Source of the DNA: Ostreococcus lucimarinus
Lineage: Eukaryota
Assembly (NCBI GenBank): GCA_000092065.1
Contig: CP000600.1
DNA length: 64,000 nt
Direction: 5' to 3' (one strand)
Shown: positions 63,860 through 64,000 of the stretch, in pieces
Layout of the letters: each line of letters begins with the position of its first letter
Position numbering within the stretch: the first letter of the stretch is position 1
Translations under genes and position numbers: made by a program
The notes under the pieces: generated by a model
Seen by the model: the letters and a program-made list of their open reading frames with translations, nothing else
Databases searched by the model: none
Told to the model about the DNA's origin: nothing

Positions 63860-64000
63860 TCACGTCGGCGCCACGAATTCGGCCAAGTATTCGGCGACGG
63901 TGAAAGCCTTACCGGGCGGTTGCGTCGCGAGCTGCTCGGCGCGTTGAGCGTCGTAGGCGGATTTCAAAAGTACGGCACCGCGATCGAGCACACTCTTCGT
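63860..64000 (-). CDS. 3' end of an unidentified gene running off the window (C-terminus ...GKAFTVAEYLAEFVAPT*)
   Basis: The minus-strand frame is open from the window edge to the TGA at 63860-62. Convergent with LSm3. Too short to name. Confidence 0.3.
   Translation of the reverse strand, partial: TKSVLDRGAVLLKSAYDAQRAEQLATQPPGKAFTVAEYLAEFVAPT

Overview
This window is the terminal 64 kb of a nuclear chromosome from a GC-rich, gene-dense, intron-poor eukaryote.

The organism is very likely a flagellated green alga of the prasinophyte/Mamiellophyceae type, for example Micromonas. Three things point that way:
- A TTTAGGG-type telomere, read here as (CCCTAAA)n, sits at bases 1-163.
- A nuclear PsbO gene carries a chlorophyte-style bipartite transit peptide, and its mature part is near-identical to Chlamydomonas OEE1.
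- An axonemal dynein heavy chain is present, together with Sfi1-like and possible STIL-like basal-body proteins.

I support about 35 protein genes, spaced roughly 1.5-2 kb apart on both strands. The confidently identified ones are dynein HC, PSMB6, SDHA, Noc1/CEBPZ, RuvBL2, RPLP0, IMP4, PsbO, RabGGTA, the NSI acetyltransferase, Rubisco LSMT-like, an MscS-like channel, TPP, NF-YA, PGAP1-like, a histidine acid phosphatase, RIOK1, PRPF4, SUMT and LSm3.

The main structural result is a rigid intron grammar: a GTGCGT/GTACGT/GTGAGA donor, an ACTGACG branch point 24-46 nt before the AG. Reading the sequence for this grammar exposes nine introns. Several of them hide short 5' exons that the ORF track misses, in dynein, PSMB6, RabGGTA, NSI, PsbO, RPLP0 and LSm3.

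Note that several tracked ORFs begin at GTG/TTG rather than ATG, so I re-derived the starts from the sequence.

Other items worth a second look:
- Head-to-head gene pairs whose ATGs are only 53-153 bp apart.
- A 3 x 99-bp tandem repeat in a divergent promoter.
- An FABP/iLBP-like protein carrying an S/T-rich presequence.
- A RING-CH + DUF179 fusion.
- An AlkD-like glycosylase.
- A terminal gene ending about 560 bp from the telomere.

I see no prokaryotic-style defence or mobile system here. Most long GC-rich ORFs antisense to real genes are spurious.
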